Shown: positions 38,551 to 50,027 of the stretch, piece by piece
Position numbering within the stretch: position 1 is the first letter of the stretch
How the letters are laid out: every line of letters begins with the position of its first letter
From: Microbotryum violaceum
Lineage: Eukaryota
DNA: 64,000 nucleotides
Assembly: GCA_001244265.2 (NCBI GenBank)
Contig: CDLV01000013.1
Location: forward strand, 558,001 to 622,000
Direction of reading: 5' to 3'
The notes under the pieces: model-generated
Databases searched by the model: none
What the model was told of the DNA's origin: nothing
Seen by the model: only the letters and a program-made list of their open reading frames with translations
Translations under genes and position numbers: made by a program

Positions 38551-41500
38551 CTAGTCTTGTTCAAAAACAGAATCTAACAAACGCTAGATCCGCTGGACCA
38601 CCATAGCATGTCATATCATACACCCATATTGTATACGGGCCATTGCCTCGCTGGGATTAGGACTGATGCCCCCATTTCTCAGGGTTTACACCAGTTTTCC
38701 CTCCTCCCCCTCGGCTCCCGGCTCCTGAGGGCAAACGGAGCAAGCTTGCCACCATCGCCTCCACCAGTGAGGTATACTACTCCATATTCTGTTGGAATGT
38801 CCACCACTTTCGCATGCGGCCGCCCCAAATTCTCCCAGCCCCTTTGATCAGCTCATGATGCCATGCCCGGTCTAGCCGCGTCCGCGATCGCTCGTCTAGA
38901 GTCCAGTAGATATCCGGTTTGGGTATCATTGGCGTCGCAAACCACCACAAATGTGCCCTCACCAGTTTGGCAGCAAAGGTACATAGCTCCTGTATCTGCA
39001 GGTCAGTCCATCCTTGTTGCCGTGCCTCGAGTTCGCTTCGCGTAGCCCGATACAGTTCCTGACCAATTTTGTCGCGAAGTTCTTGTCCCGATGGGCACTC
39101 TCCAAACCCGTGTTTCTCTGTTTCTTCCTCTGCTCCACATATCACACACTCCGGTGAGGTCCCCAGTCTCTCTGAACATCGCGAAGCAGTGGGCAGAACA
39201 TGTGCCCGCATTTGGAGCTGTGTCTGTGCGGCATACGTTGACACTGCGCGAAGATATGGGTACTGCCCCGCTGAATGTCCGACATTCAATAGGAGCCGAA
39301 CACTGTCGCCTGTCTTCTTCGGCAACGACTTCAGCTGCCAGTCTTCTTGAAGGTCGTAAATCTTCTTGCTGATATCGCCTTCCAGCCATTCGATGTTGTT
39401 GGCGGTCATTCTAGCGATCGTCCACTGCGGGAGAGCGAAGTCGGGGAAAGGCACAATGAGGTCAGGCTGTGAATGTCCTTTCTTAGCCGCTTCATCCGCC
39501 CTTTCATTTGCACGCGATGCGTCGTCTGTCCGTCCCGTATGAGCTTTCACATGTTGGATTTCGATCGTGTGGTTCGTTGCGAGCAAACGTTCGAGCCATG
39601 TATAGTGTGCAAACGCAGCCCTCGGTTTCTTCGGTGCAACATCGCCCTGCCTGATCTTCTCGGCAAATCTGACCGATGTCAGATGATCTGCGAGAACCGG
39701 AATTGGTGTAGTAGCCCCGAAATTGTAAGATTGTATAGTCAGTGCTTCCATAATCAGGGCTGTCACTTCCGCTTGCACAATTGACGCGCCCGCGAACAAA
39801 GCTGCTCGGGCTTCCCAATTCGGTCCTACAACTGCTGCGGCCGCGGAAGCGAATCCCGTGGGCAGGACAATAAGTGAGCCATCTGTCGCCCAAATTTCTT
39901 GGGCCTGCGCTTGTCTCATTTTAAGTATGGGAAGAACTACACCCGAAGCTGATCTTCGACTTCAGTTTTCCGCTCGGCTCTGCTTCGCAGGAGTTGGACT
40001 GGTCCCTCGGCCAAAGTCAGTTCGTCAAAGCGATCCGACCACTGCCGCACCAATCTGGTGTTGGGGTCTAGCCAATCGGTGAAAAGGTCCGGTAGATCTC
40101 TCCGCGGTCCTTTCTTGAGCTCCCGTATATCTGTAAGCCGAGCTGGAAGCGCCGCCACTGCCCGCCGTAGCTGTGGTTCGTTCCGCCGAGCCCCTCCTGT
40201 CTGAAGGTATGCATGCTCCGCACTGACCATCGAGGTAAGACGGCTTGATTGGTCGGTCTCCAGTACTTGCAGCTTCCCGCATTGTTGTAAAGCACTAAGA
40301 GCCGTGTTCCACGTCTGGGGGACCTTTCGTTGCGAGTGCAGAAAGGACAGGGGCTTGGGGTCAATGAAAAGAGAAATGCAGCCATAGTGTCGGCATTGGA
40401 GATCGGCCAGCGTGATCTTGGCCATCGTTGCAAACGCCGGAATGTGATGATTGAGGTCCCGTAATAATCCGTCAACCGCCAGTGCCCCGTTTAGTCGCCA
40501 TAGGCTGGTAAGCTCAAATCCAAACTTGGCGACCGGCAAGGTAACCAACTTTGCCGTTGGTGTGAAGACCCATCCATAATACTCCTTTATCCGCTGTGCG
40601 ACTATTTGATCAAGTCTGAGCGCATGCCCCGGTCGAATTGGGCACAATGCTAGCCTTGGCCTCAACCTGCTAATTACATGCTGTTCTATAAACCGTCGCA
40701 GTGCTGAGAGCGGAAGCCTCCTAGTCGATGTGCTAGGAAACCCGACCGAGCGCACAATACTCTCCAGCTGAGTGTATTGTCGATCTGGTGCTGCAAACGG
40801 CGTTTTGAGGAAGACATTTGCCAGGTCGACCGCAACCTGTCGTTCTCCGTGAGGAGTGTTGACCGTCACCCTTTCTATTGGCGCAACCAGTGAGTCAGTT
40901 TCTCCCAAAATAATAGCTCGAGTTTTCGTACCCCAGTCCGTTTGGGCTCCATACGCCTCTTGGAATAGCTCCATGTAGAGCGTCATGGTAGCTAGCGTAG
41001 CTTCACTCCTCGCTAGCAGAATTGTGTCGTCCATTGCGGCTACCTGTGTGACTTTGAGGGTAAGCTCGTCGGCCTTTGTGTGCGCGCGCCGCCGTGCTCC
41101 ATTCTGCGTTGTGATGAGAAGAGGGTCATCGAAGACTTGCTCGTCCAACCAGTAGGAGCCCATGGCCATCGCAAGTGAAAACCTGAACGGTTTTGGTGGG
41201 TCACCTTGTTTCATTTGTCCGTCCACTTCAAAGGGGTCGGTCAGGCCGTATGGTGTCTTTATCATGAACGAGCGGTGTGCTAACCGCGCTCGATCAAAAG
41301 CTTCCGCGTTGGGTCCAAAGCCGAAGAATTCGTAAGCGTCGTATCCGGCTTCGGTTCGCAGCAGATCAAAACCCTTCTTTTGATCTCGAGTAAGGCCGTA
41401 AATAGGGGTCTTTGCTCGAACAGCCCATGCTTCGAGTTGCGCAAGGAAGCTCGTGAGATCCCGCTGCTGGACGCCGCTTTGTACCGCGACCTGTGTCTCT

Positions 41501-42938
41501 GGTATCATGTGAGGTTTCATTGCATAAGCCTGTGCTTGACGTGTGAACCATGCAGCCGCCGTAACCGCAAGGAAATTTCCGAAACAAACCACCCGGTAGT
41601 TACTCAATTGGGTGGAGAGACCCCGATTTTTGAACATCGGAAGGAGATAGTGGTCACGCAGCTTATCAAAGTAGTTATTCACCAACACATAGTTCAAAAG
41701 GGCCAGGACCACGGACATAGCTCGGTCTCCCAGAATTGCCACGGTCCATTTCTCCCATCGATCCGGCCCGGGGGATGGCTCCCGATTTCCTCTACTGAGC
41801 AGCGTTCGGAGGTCGCCGAGTGTCAGGGGCTTAGGCCACTCAAATTGGTCCTGCTGTGTTGCATTACGGAAGTGTCGGGAGCTTTCTGAGTTCATCCACG
41901 GCTTAGCCGTCACTGGTTGTTCGTCGGCCTTTTTGAATAAAGTACTGAAATATTGCCGGAAGGTGGTACGTACTTCTGTTGGATCCGCGGTAGTATTTCC
42001 CCCGCAGTTTCAACCGCTCGTGGCTGAACCAGTGTTGTCCGCGGCATGAGGATCCTCTTTATAGATCCCCCATTAATGACACTTTGGATTCGGAGACTGT
42101 CATTCCGTTGTGTCATCTCTTTGCGTTCCCGCTTCTCCTGAGCATGTATTCTTTTGCAGAGTTGTCGACGCCAGCTCATTGCTGTCTCCAGGACTGCGCC
42201 TTCGGGCAGATACCAACCAGTGTGTCCTCTATCTTGTTGTAGACGTCGTTGTGTTGTATTGCTAAAGCCTCACGCATGTCGTTGAACCAGCTCTGTACAT
42301 CCTGCTTGTGTTTGAGGATGTGGATAGAAATAGTATTGAGGGCATATATGTACCGGTTCATATGTTAACGGTCCTGAATCATTTGTCGCAATTCGGGGGA
42401 TCCGACGAATTGGCGTTTGTTCATTGTTGGGCCCCGCCTCTCACCGAACACCTTCAGAGAAGTATCAACCTGTAGCAGAGAGAACTCTTTATAGGCAGTG
42501 TCCCAAACTTCCTGTGAAGTTACAGCCGCGTCTTCCGATATTTCCCTTAAACACTGTACATTGGCAACGCCGTCTTCCATGTCTTTCGTGAATCTTGGCC
42601 GAGTATCGCTACCCCTCGGCGGAACTTTTATTCTTCTCGGTCCATCGTCGCCTACTCCATCGCTTACGATGCAGAGCCCTGGAAACCATAACCTGCATCT
42701 AATTGGCCTGTGGTCAGTGGCCACAATTGGGCGTAAAGCCTCGATGTCCGCATTCCCTGTCGTTACGGAAGTCGCAAGCCGGTCTATGACGCTCGTGGTT
42801 TGCGCATTCCCGTAGAGCTTGTGTGTCCAACTTTCGGCGAGCGCCAGTGATTCCAACTCGTTCCACACATCGTGGCCATCAGTTTGGCGTAGGAAGCGGC
42901 AGTATTCGAGCGCAGTTGGTCGGAGTCGCGGAAAATTA

Positions 42939-44151
42939 TGTCAAGAGTGTATATTGCTGTTCCATCACACTTTCCCAAGAACGCTACCTTCGAGATATCT
43001 TGGCCAGGTTCCAATTCGCCGATGCCAAGCCGGCGAGCGTCCCCATGCAACCCGGTATCGTCCTCGATTTCGAGAACTCGTCTGCTACCCCTGAGGATCG
43101 CACTCGCTACTTGCAGGCCATTGGTTCGTTGATGTACGCCGCGGTTGGCACTCGTCCGGACCTCGCTTTCGTGGTCAGCTACCTCGCGCGCTTCTCGCAG
43201 CAACCCGGCCCGGAGCATTGGACAGCCATCAAGCACGTCCTCGGCTACATCAAAGGCACGCTGGACTTGGGGCTCACCTACCGCAAGACCAACCAACCGC
43301 TCCATGGCTACTCGGATGCAAACTGGGGAGCCTGCCTGACAACCTCGCGATCGACCATGGGCTACGCATTCATCTTGTCCGGAGCCGCCATTGCTTGGTG
43401 TTCCAAACGGGAGCACAGGGTCGCCAAGTCTACTACCGACGCGGAATACCTCTCTCTTTCGTACGCTAGCGGGGACGCCATTCACCTGAGCGAACTCCTG
43501 AGCGAACTCGGCGCTCCGGTTCCCGGTCCAGTCGTGCTCTATGGTGACAACCAAGGTTCGCTTGCTCTGGCACAACACCCGACCAACCATCAGGGATCTC
43601 GTCACGTTCGCATCTCGGAACACTACGTCCGCGAGAGGGTTGCTGAGAAAGAGATCGAGGTCCGCTACATCGCCACTGGCGACATGTTTGCCGACATCTT
43701 CACCAAGGCCTTGGGTCCCAAGCCGTTCATCTTCCATCGGACGAATTTGGGCTTACGAGGTGCAGTGGTATGACAGCACGGGGGGGTGTCAGAGTGTATA
43801 TTGCTGTTTCATCCCACTTCTATTACCGATCACGATTAGTTACTAGTTGTTGATATTAGTCGCCTCGCGCGGCTATTGCTTGCCTCGCGCGCTCCTACTC
43901 TGCGCTTCTCTTCTTTCTCCAACTGTCTTTACTATCATCCTCGGCTCTCGTACTAAACGTATCTCGTGCCTCGGCTTTAGGTTAGTTACTTTGCAATACC
44001 GAAATGTCTTTACTATCATCCTCGGCTCTCGTACTAAACGTATCTCGTGCCTCGGCTTTAGGTTAGTTACTTTGCAATACCGAACTGTCTTTACTATCAT
44101 CCTCGGCTCTCGTACTAAACGTATCTCGTGCCTCGGCTTTAGGTTCTAATA
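42939..44151 (+). mobile_element. Internally deleted Ty1/copia LTR retrotransposon nested in the LINE endonuclease
   Basis: Copia RT C-terminus and RNase H ([36 protein letters not shown]); polypurine tract before TG at 43787; 5-bp TSD AATTA at 42934-42938 and 44152-44156. Confidence 0.93.
43787..44151 (+). repeat. Copia 3' LTR containing an 81-bp tandem array (~2.8 copies)
   Basis: Starts TGTCAGAGTGTATATTGCTG after GGGGGGG; unit TGTCTTTACTATCATCC... recurs at 43924, 44005 and 44086. Confidence 0.85.
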
Positions 44152-44844
44152 AATTAGTGGCGGCTGTTTCCCGAGCGTCAAGTACTGCATTGAAATCACC
44201 TACTACCGCCCAATTTGGTGGGCCGGTTCGTATGAGGTCTTGCATAGCGGTCCAGAAACCCGTGATGGCGTTGTCATCATTTTCTGTATTGCGCGCATAA
44301 CCTCCGTGTGGGCAGTAGGCGGACACGATATGAATTGGGACCATATCTGTGCCTTCCCTTGTTCGTACGAGTATGTCAGCGGCGGCGACTCGTTCTACCA
44401 GTGGTCCTTCGGTGAATATGAAGGACTTTAGTATCGGCAGGTTATTGCGGACCAGAAGGAGGGTTCCCCATTTCATTCCCGAACCAGCCCGGACGGAGGG
44501 TGTAAGGATCGGCTGGAAATCGGCTAAGTCAACCGGTAGCCGTGTGTCCGTTCGGAACTTGAGCTCATTTAGACTGACGACATGGTATTCTGAGTTGATT
44601 AAGGTTTGTTGCACTTGTTGGAGCTTCACGGGGTCTGCAAGTCCGTTCACGTTGAGGCTTGCGATAGAGATCGGAGTTGCTGCGTTAACACGATTTTTAT
44701 CCAACACAAGGATGAGGAGGAGGATGATACTTCTTGTCGGGGCTGATATACTGTGAAAACTGATTGCTATTGCAAGAAGAAAATATGTGCTGAGTGTATG
44801 GAGAAAATGAATGTGATTTTGTTTTCGGGGTTCGATGTCTTCGT

Positions 44845-47390
44845 TTATGGGTCCTGCGGCCGTAAGCAGCACCTCATCAGACAAAGTTCGAGAAGATAAT
44901 GGGAATTTTGTTTGGGTACTGGCAATAGACATTCCTTCCTCGACACGACGTTCTGTCCCCATGACACTTGAAACAAGACTCCCTTCCCATCGACGCCTCG
45001 TGCGTGGTGAGTGAGACGTCCACGCTTACTGGGCGAGCCTCCAGGTTCATCGCGTTCTCTCGTCGGCGAGTTGTTCGTGGTGTTAGCTTCGGTTGGTGTC
45101 GAAGCATTGTTGGCCAGTCGTTGTTGATGAAAAATGGGGTTGGCGTTCTGAATGGCTAGGTTGGATTGTTGTAGGGTTTGCTGATACATAAGCTGCGCCT
45201 CCTTGACTGCCTGTTTCGCCACTTCGATCTTTGATGTCGTAGTACTCCTGACTATTCTTGGGGTGGGAAAAAAGCTGCATCCTGAGGTCACTGAGAACCT
45301 GGTTGGCCGAAAAGACCCCGAATTGTGCTTGTGACGTCATTTGCACGCCCGCCATTCCCGCGTAAAGTGATTGATTGTTCATCTGGAGCATGTGCAGCGC
45401 TTCCTGACTTTCTTGGTGGCGTTGTTCAGCTCTGCGCCTGTCTTCGGAATAGATTGTTGCTATGGTATGTATAGAGTCTTGGATGAGGTCGATGCGATTC
45501 TCAATCTGTCGTGAAGTTTCAGCGGCCAGTCCTTGCGAGTCGGATGTTGCTCTGTTGAAGCGGGCTGAGATGGCGTCTGCACGTTCGCTGTCGAGGCAGA
45601 CCCTGATCGCTACGCGTTCGTCTCCATCGTGCCAGCAAGTCGCGTGTCGATCAAAAGCGGGCAGTGTGGGAACCATTTGGACCAAGTACGACGCGAAAAT
45701 GCGGACGTGGAGATCGAAAATCGGAAGACCGCTTTTTGATGTTGGCCCGTTCCCGTCGCGGGCTCGTAATCGGTAGTGACAATGGCGCCCTCCGGTCGTG
45801 TAATGGGTTCCTGGGGTAATCTTGTTCGTGTCGCTTCTCTGCTTCTGCAAGGCATTTCATTGTGTAGGTCGCGACACTTTGGGGGTCGCTGTTGGATTTT
45901 GCCCATAAGACCACGATCGCGTACGGCTCTTGCATCCCTCGAGTTTTGACCAGCCGTTTAAAGACACCAGTGATAGTATGCTCGACCAGAAGCGGTTCCA
46001 TCTTGTTGTTTGCTTGTGGAGCCAGGCGCGACATGGACCGAATTGGGATATTGAGCCTTGCACTAAAAGTAGATCTGGCTTTTGACGCCGTGATCTTATC
46101 CACCATTGTGGAGCCTGCCAATCGAACTGCGACCAGGACCTTGCACTGATCATGCCGAGCGTTTGATTCGGTGGTGATGGAGATACATGATTCGGCCGGG
46201 ACGTCGAGCATGTCCTCGAAATGCTTGTCGATGTGTGCTTTCACCGCCTTGCGAAGCAGATCCTCAGGAGCTCGCTCGATGACTTCGAAACCATCTTTGC
46301 CAGAGTGTCGTTGCGCGTCGAAAGCTAAGCGAACATATCTCACAACGTCATTTTCTTTTGTGTCCGTAAAATGAGCGAAAAGACGAGGCCACACATTGCC
46401 ATCTTCGTCCAGCAGTGGGGAATCGAACGTTGACGGGCCTGCTTTCTTCAAGAATTGAGCCATTAAGAGATGAACTTGAGGGTTGAATTGTGGCGGTACT
46501 TTTCTCCACTCACGGTAGGGATTAGCGTTGAGGAAATCATGTATTTTTGTGGTGAAACGGATGTCGTTTTCGGGCCCGACAATCTCGAAGTAGTCGGTAT
46601 GGAGAGCCTTGTACCTTGATTGTGGAGGATCCGACAGGCCCGTAGGGTAGCCGATCTTGTGTGACTCGAAGAAGACTGGTTGGTCGTTGGGGCCAATCCC
46701 GGCCGTGGAGAGGAGGTGTTCCAGGGTGGCCTCAGCCGTTTGCTTCGATATGTCACCGGAAATTGCGGGAAGGTTAGTGATGCTGAGCCTGTGCTGGAGT
46801 GGTTGAATGTTGCGGATCGGGGTACCGTCGTTCTCGAAGAAAGGCTTTGGGACCATTGTAGGGTACGAGAAGCCGTATTGTGGAAAAGCAAGTGAGAGCA
46901 GAAGATGGAAAAGCGAGGCTCGAAGGAGGTGTAGCGTCTGCGGCCTTATTCCGGAAAAATGTGTGAATGTCGGAACCAAGTCACTTCCGCATGATGGCGT
47001 GATCGGTTGTTGGTATGGCGTGCTCGAGTTCGGGACCTGACCGGAGTAAGTTTTCTCAGGCAAGTCGGCTTGAGAATCCGCCGGGACATAAACACCGGGC
47101 CCAGCGCAGAGTATGGGGTTAGAAGAGACAGGGAAGTGAATTGTAACAGGTCTCAGGTTTGGCATTGGATGGGGAAATTGGCGTTCCTCAATAGATGGAA
47201 GTATCGTAGGTGTCGAGGAAGTATTGTAGGTGTCGAGTAAGTGCATGGTAGTATCAGGCAGAGTATTGGGCCAGCGAAGGTCAGCGGAAGAGTAAGTGTT
47301 CATTGAAAGCGTGCGGAGGACAGGGGCGGGTTGCAACAATTCTTTGCAATAGTTCATTCTCTTATGTCGCGGATCTATAAAGGTGTTCAC
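44845..47390 (-). pseudogene. LINE ORF1-like region (frameshifted), with coiled-coil-like Q/E-rich C-terminal part
   Basis: Three overlapping ORFs in successive frames (47390-45651, 45850-45083, 45291-44845) directly upstream of the endonuclease; no gag CCHC knuckle seen. Confidence 0.7.
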
Positions 47391-48196
47391 ATTTTTTACA
47401 GGCGAGTGAAAGGGGGTCTCCTATCCTGTCCTTTTCTGGGCGCAAAGAACAGTATCCGGTATTGGCTCCTTCTCTGGGTCGTTACGATGAGAAGTGGGTT
47501 GTAACATATCACTGTGAGGAATTCGATCGGAGTCCAAATGTAATAGAAATGAGGATTGCTGAGGTCATAGGGCTGAGTTAGTTGGTTGGTTGGGCAGTTC
47601 GGTAGTTGATTGGAAGCATTGCGTCCGTGCGATGCTCGTCGGATTAGGAGGAGCGGCTTGGAGGCTAGCGAGCTTTTGCAAAACAGGTGGTGAGGTATGG
47701 GGGGGGGGGTTCAGAGTAGTAAGATGGGTAGATATGGTGGGAAGCATAGCGTCCGTGCAGAGCTCGTCGGGTTAGGAGGAGCGGCTTGGAGGCTAGCGGG
47801 GTTGTGTAATGCAGGTGGGGATGTGGGAAGAGGTACATGTGCTTGAAGAGAGGGTGAGTGAGCTCTAGGTCATAAGGTGGAGAGAGATAGCACTCGTCGT
47901 TTCTAGAGGAGGTTCTGTCTACACCATCCGTATGGGAGCCTCCATCGTCGCGTTGCCTAGATCGGCAATGGGGTTGGGAAGGCACCATGGCTTGCAACCA
48001 TGTGTGAGAGAACGACCAGTCGATTACTTTAGTAACGATCGAATGCTATTGAGTATGGATTCCTGAGCTGGCGGGTGGCCCAAGGGGTGTCGGAGGCGGG
48101 GGCATTGTCGATGCGGACGCACAGACTGCGAGAACACGTGTGACGTGGCGCGGGATGTGCATTTGTTAAGGTCGTTGACGGAGGTGGAGGTGAAGT

Positions 48197-48238
48197 TAAC
48201 GTAACGTAACGCTAAGGTAAGGTAAGGTAAGGTAAGGT
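48197..48238. repeat. (TAACG)3 then (TAAGG)5 microsatellite at the upstream edge of the LINE
   Basis: taacgtaacgtaacgc taaggtaaggtaaggtaaggtaaggt read directly. Confidence 0.85.
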
Positions 48239-48669
48239 TCCGATCGGACGAATCTTCTACACCAGCTCCAATCCCGATCGAAGCTCTCAGAACAGCCGAA
48301 AACTCGTCGGCGCTTCGGCGATTGTAAAACAGGAAATACAGCACACGGTACTCATCGCATTTTTAACGGAGAAAATGTTTGGGTGACATGCTGTACCGTG
48401 TCTTCCCGACTTTGGGTCGGCGACGAGTGGCCCGAGATATTGAGCCGGGTGACACGGGAAAGGGGCATGAGCACCACGCAACGGCCCCTGCGCCAATACG
48501 CGGATCACTTCAGAGATCCCTATAACTCTGAGCGCCTGAGCCCCCGATGCGGTTTCGCAAGAGAGAAAAGTGCTCCACAGGCGGATAAAAGCACGTGCGG
48601 TCCATTTAGCCATTTCTCCACTGGTTGCCACGCCGCTCCTCGCTACACTCGCTCTGGTTCCAACTCAAC

Positions 48670-49544
48670 ATGCGCGTGTGGTTCAGTTCACTCATAATAA
48701 TCGCGATCTACGTGTCCACAACCTTCTTCGGTGTCGCCTTTGGCGATACCTCGTGCGGAGCTGCGTGCGCTGTCCAGATCACACAGATCACCGCTGTGAG
48801 TTGTTAGCGCGTTTGCACCCGTTAAGGGGCGACAACAAGGATCGACCACCACATACTCAAACCGCATACCTTGCTTCCCGCCACCAGTGTCACGATGTAC
48901 AAAATATAAGGTGCATGTGCCAAGATTACCAGTACGCCACCCTATACAGGGGATGCATTCAGAGAAGTGAGTCCCACTGCACGGCACATCACTCATCGCG
49001 TACGTAAGATAACCACTAATATCCGAGAGGATCCTGTCCTCCCGACCGCCGACCCCGACGATTTCATGATTTCATGACACGGGTTATCTCTGATTCTCTA
49101 GACTGCACCGAAGATAACCTACAGCTAGTCTTCAGGGCCGACGGTCAAGCGTGTGGGGCACTAGGACTTCCAATGACGCAACCCGGCCCAGGTGAGTGCA
49201 TCGCATCGATATGTTCTCGCGTCAGCATAATTCTGCGAGTCAGCCATACCAATTGACACGACATACCCGCAATCACATACCGACCACTGTTCTGATCACG
49301 AGTCCTCCCTCTTTCCACCCTAGCCCTCACTCCACAACCCCCTCTTCCACGTCCAAACGCCACAACCAATTTGCCCGCTCCACCCGACAACACAGAGACT
49401 ACTACCGGCAACAGTGGCGACGGCAACACAGGCAGCCCAGGCTCGTTGGGCCCCAACACGGCGGGATCCTCGGGCAAGGGCTTCTCGCTGGTGACGACTC
49501 TCGGTGTGGTCATGCTCGTCGTTCTAGGATTGATTCTCCTTTAA
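48670..49544 (+). CDS. Secreted, GPI-anchor-type CFEM-domain protein (CFEM-3)
   Basis: Four exons: MRVWFSSLIIIAIYVSTTFFGVAFG signal; SCGAAC..CHDVQNIRCMC..GCIQRNC..QAC; P/T/G-rich linker; tail FSLVTTLGVVMLVVLGLILL*. Confidence 0.85.
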
Positions 49545-50027
49545 TAGTAAGCAATACCTCGATATGATGGGCGTCGCATTTCATCTGGACCGTAAATTCG
49601 CCCCAGCTAAAAAATAAAGCAAAAGGGACTGCCTCTCGGATGCGACCCCACAAAGACATTACGAACAAGTCCCCCCTCAACTCGCCCGCTCCTAGTTGTA
49701 CATGCCTCCATCGAGCCCCGGTTCAGTCGGGTCATTTCGTCCATATAATCTCCTTGTTATATACTTCAATGGCGTATCCTTCCTCTTTCAATTGATTGCC
49801 CTTTTTTCTCGGCTTTCCCTGGTCAGCGAGAATTGAATAGGGGGTACAGCTTGGGGGTTCGATTAGAAACGCTTCTTATTGGCTTGCGTTATAGGCTCAC
49901 CTCTGACCCAGTGCAGCCCAGTGCGCGCGAGGTTGCGCACCACCGGCACCGCCGCCCGACAACGCCCGCGGTCGCGTTTTCGTCTGCACACCACATCTTC
50001 ATCCCGTTAGCTCCAGACCGCTCCACG

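Larger units (their letters stand above)
38777..44962 (-). pseudogene. LINE ORF2 (EN-RT-RNaseH-Zn finger), disrupted
   Basis: Pieces 44962-44152, 42938-42365 (TAA, then same frame to 42176), 42179-41910, 41913-39937 and 39919-38777; interrupted by the copia insertion. Confidence 0.88.
38560..48240 (-). mobile_element. Degraded non-LTR (LINE-like) retrotransposon: ORF1, APE endonuclease, RT, RNase H, CCHC
   Basis: APE motifs SLNVNGL, LNE, AYCP, VGDFN, IDR, TDHRP; RT motifs PGPD, DQKKGFD, KQGDP, AMDD; RNase H TDGS/QAE/HVKAH/NERAD; C-x2-C..H..C. Several frameshifts and a stop. Ends approximate. Confidence 0.9.

Noticed and set aside
38636..38690. HDV-like or hammerhead ribozyme at the LINE end (CCTCGCTGG, CTGATG)
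   Set aside because: The P1/P3 pairings and the CUGAUGA..GAAA core could not be built.
43921..44145. CRISPR-like array
   Set aside because: Units are head-to-tail with no unique spacers, lie inside an LTR, and the genome is eukaryotic.
48213..48238. Telomeric repeat
   Set aside because: TAAGG is not TTAGGG-type, there are only five copies, and the site is interstitial among ordinary genes.
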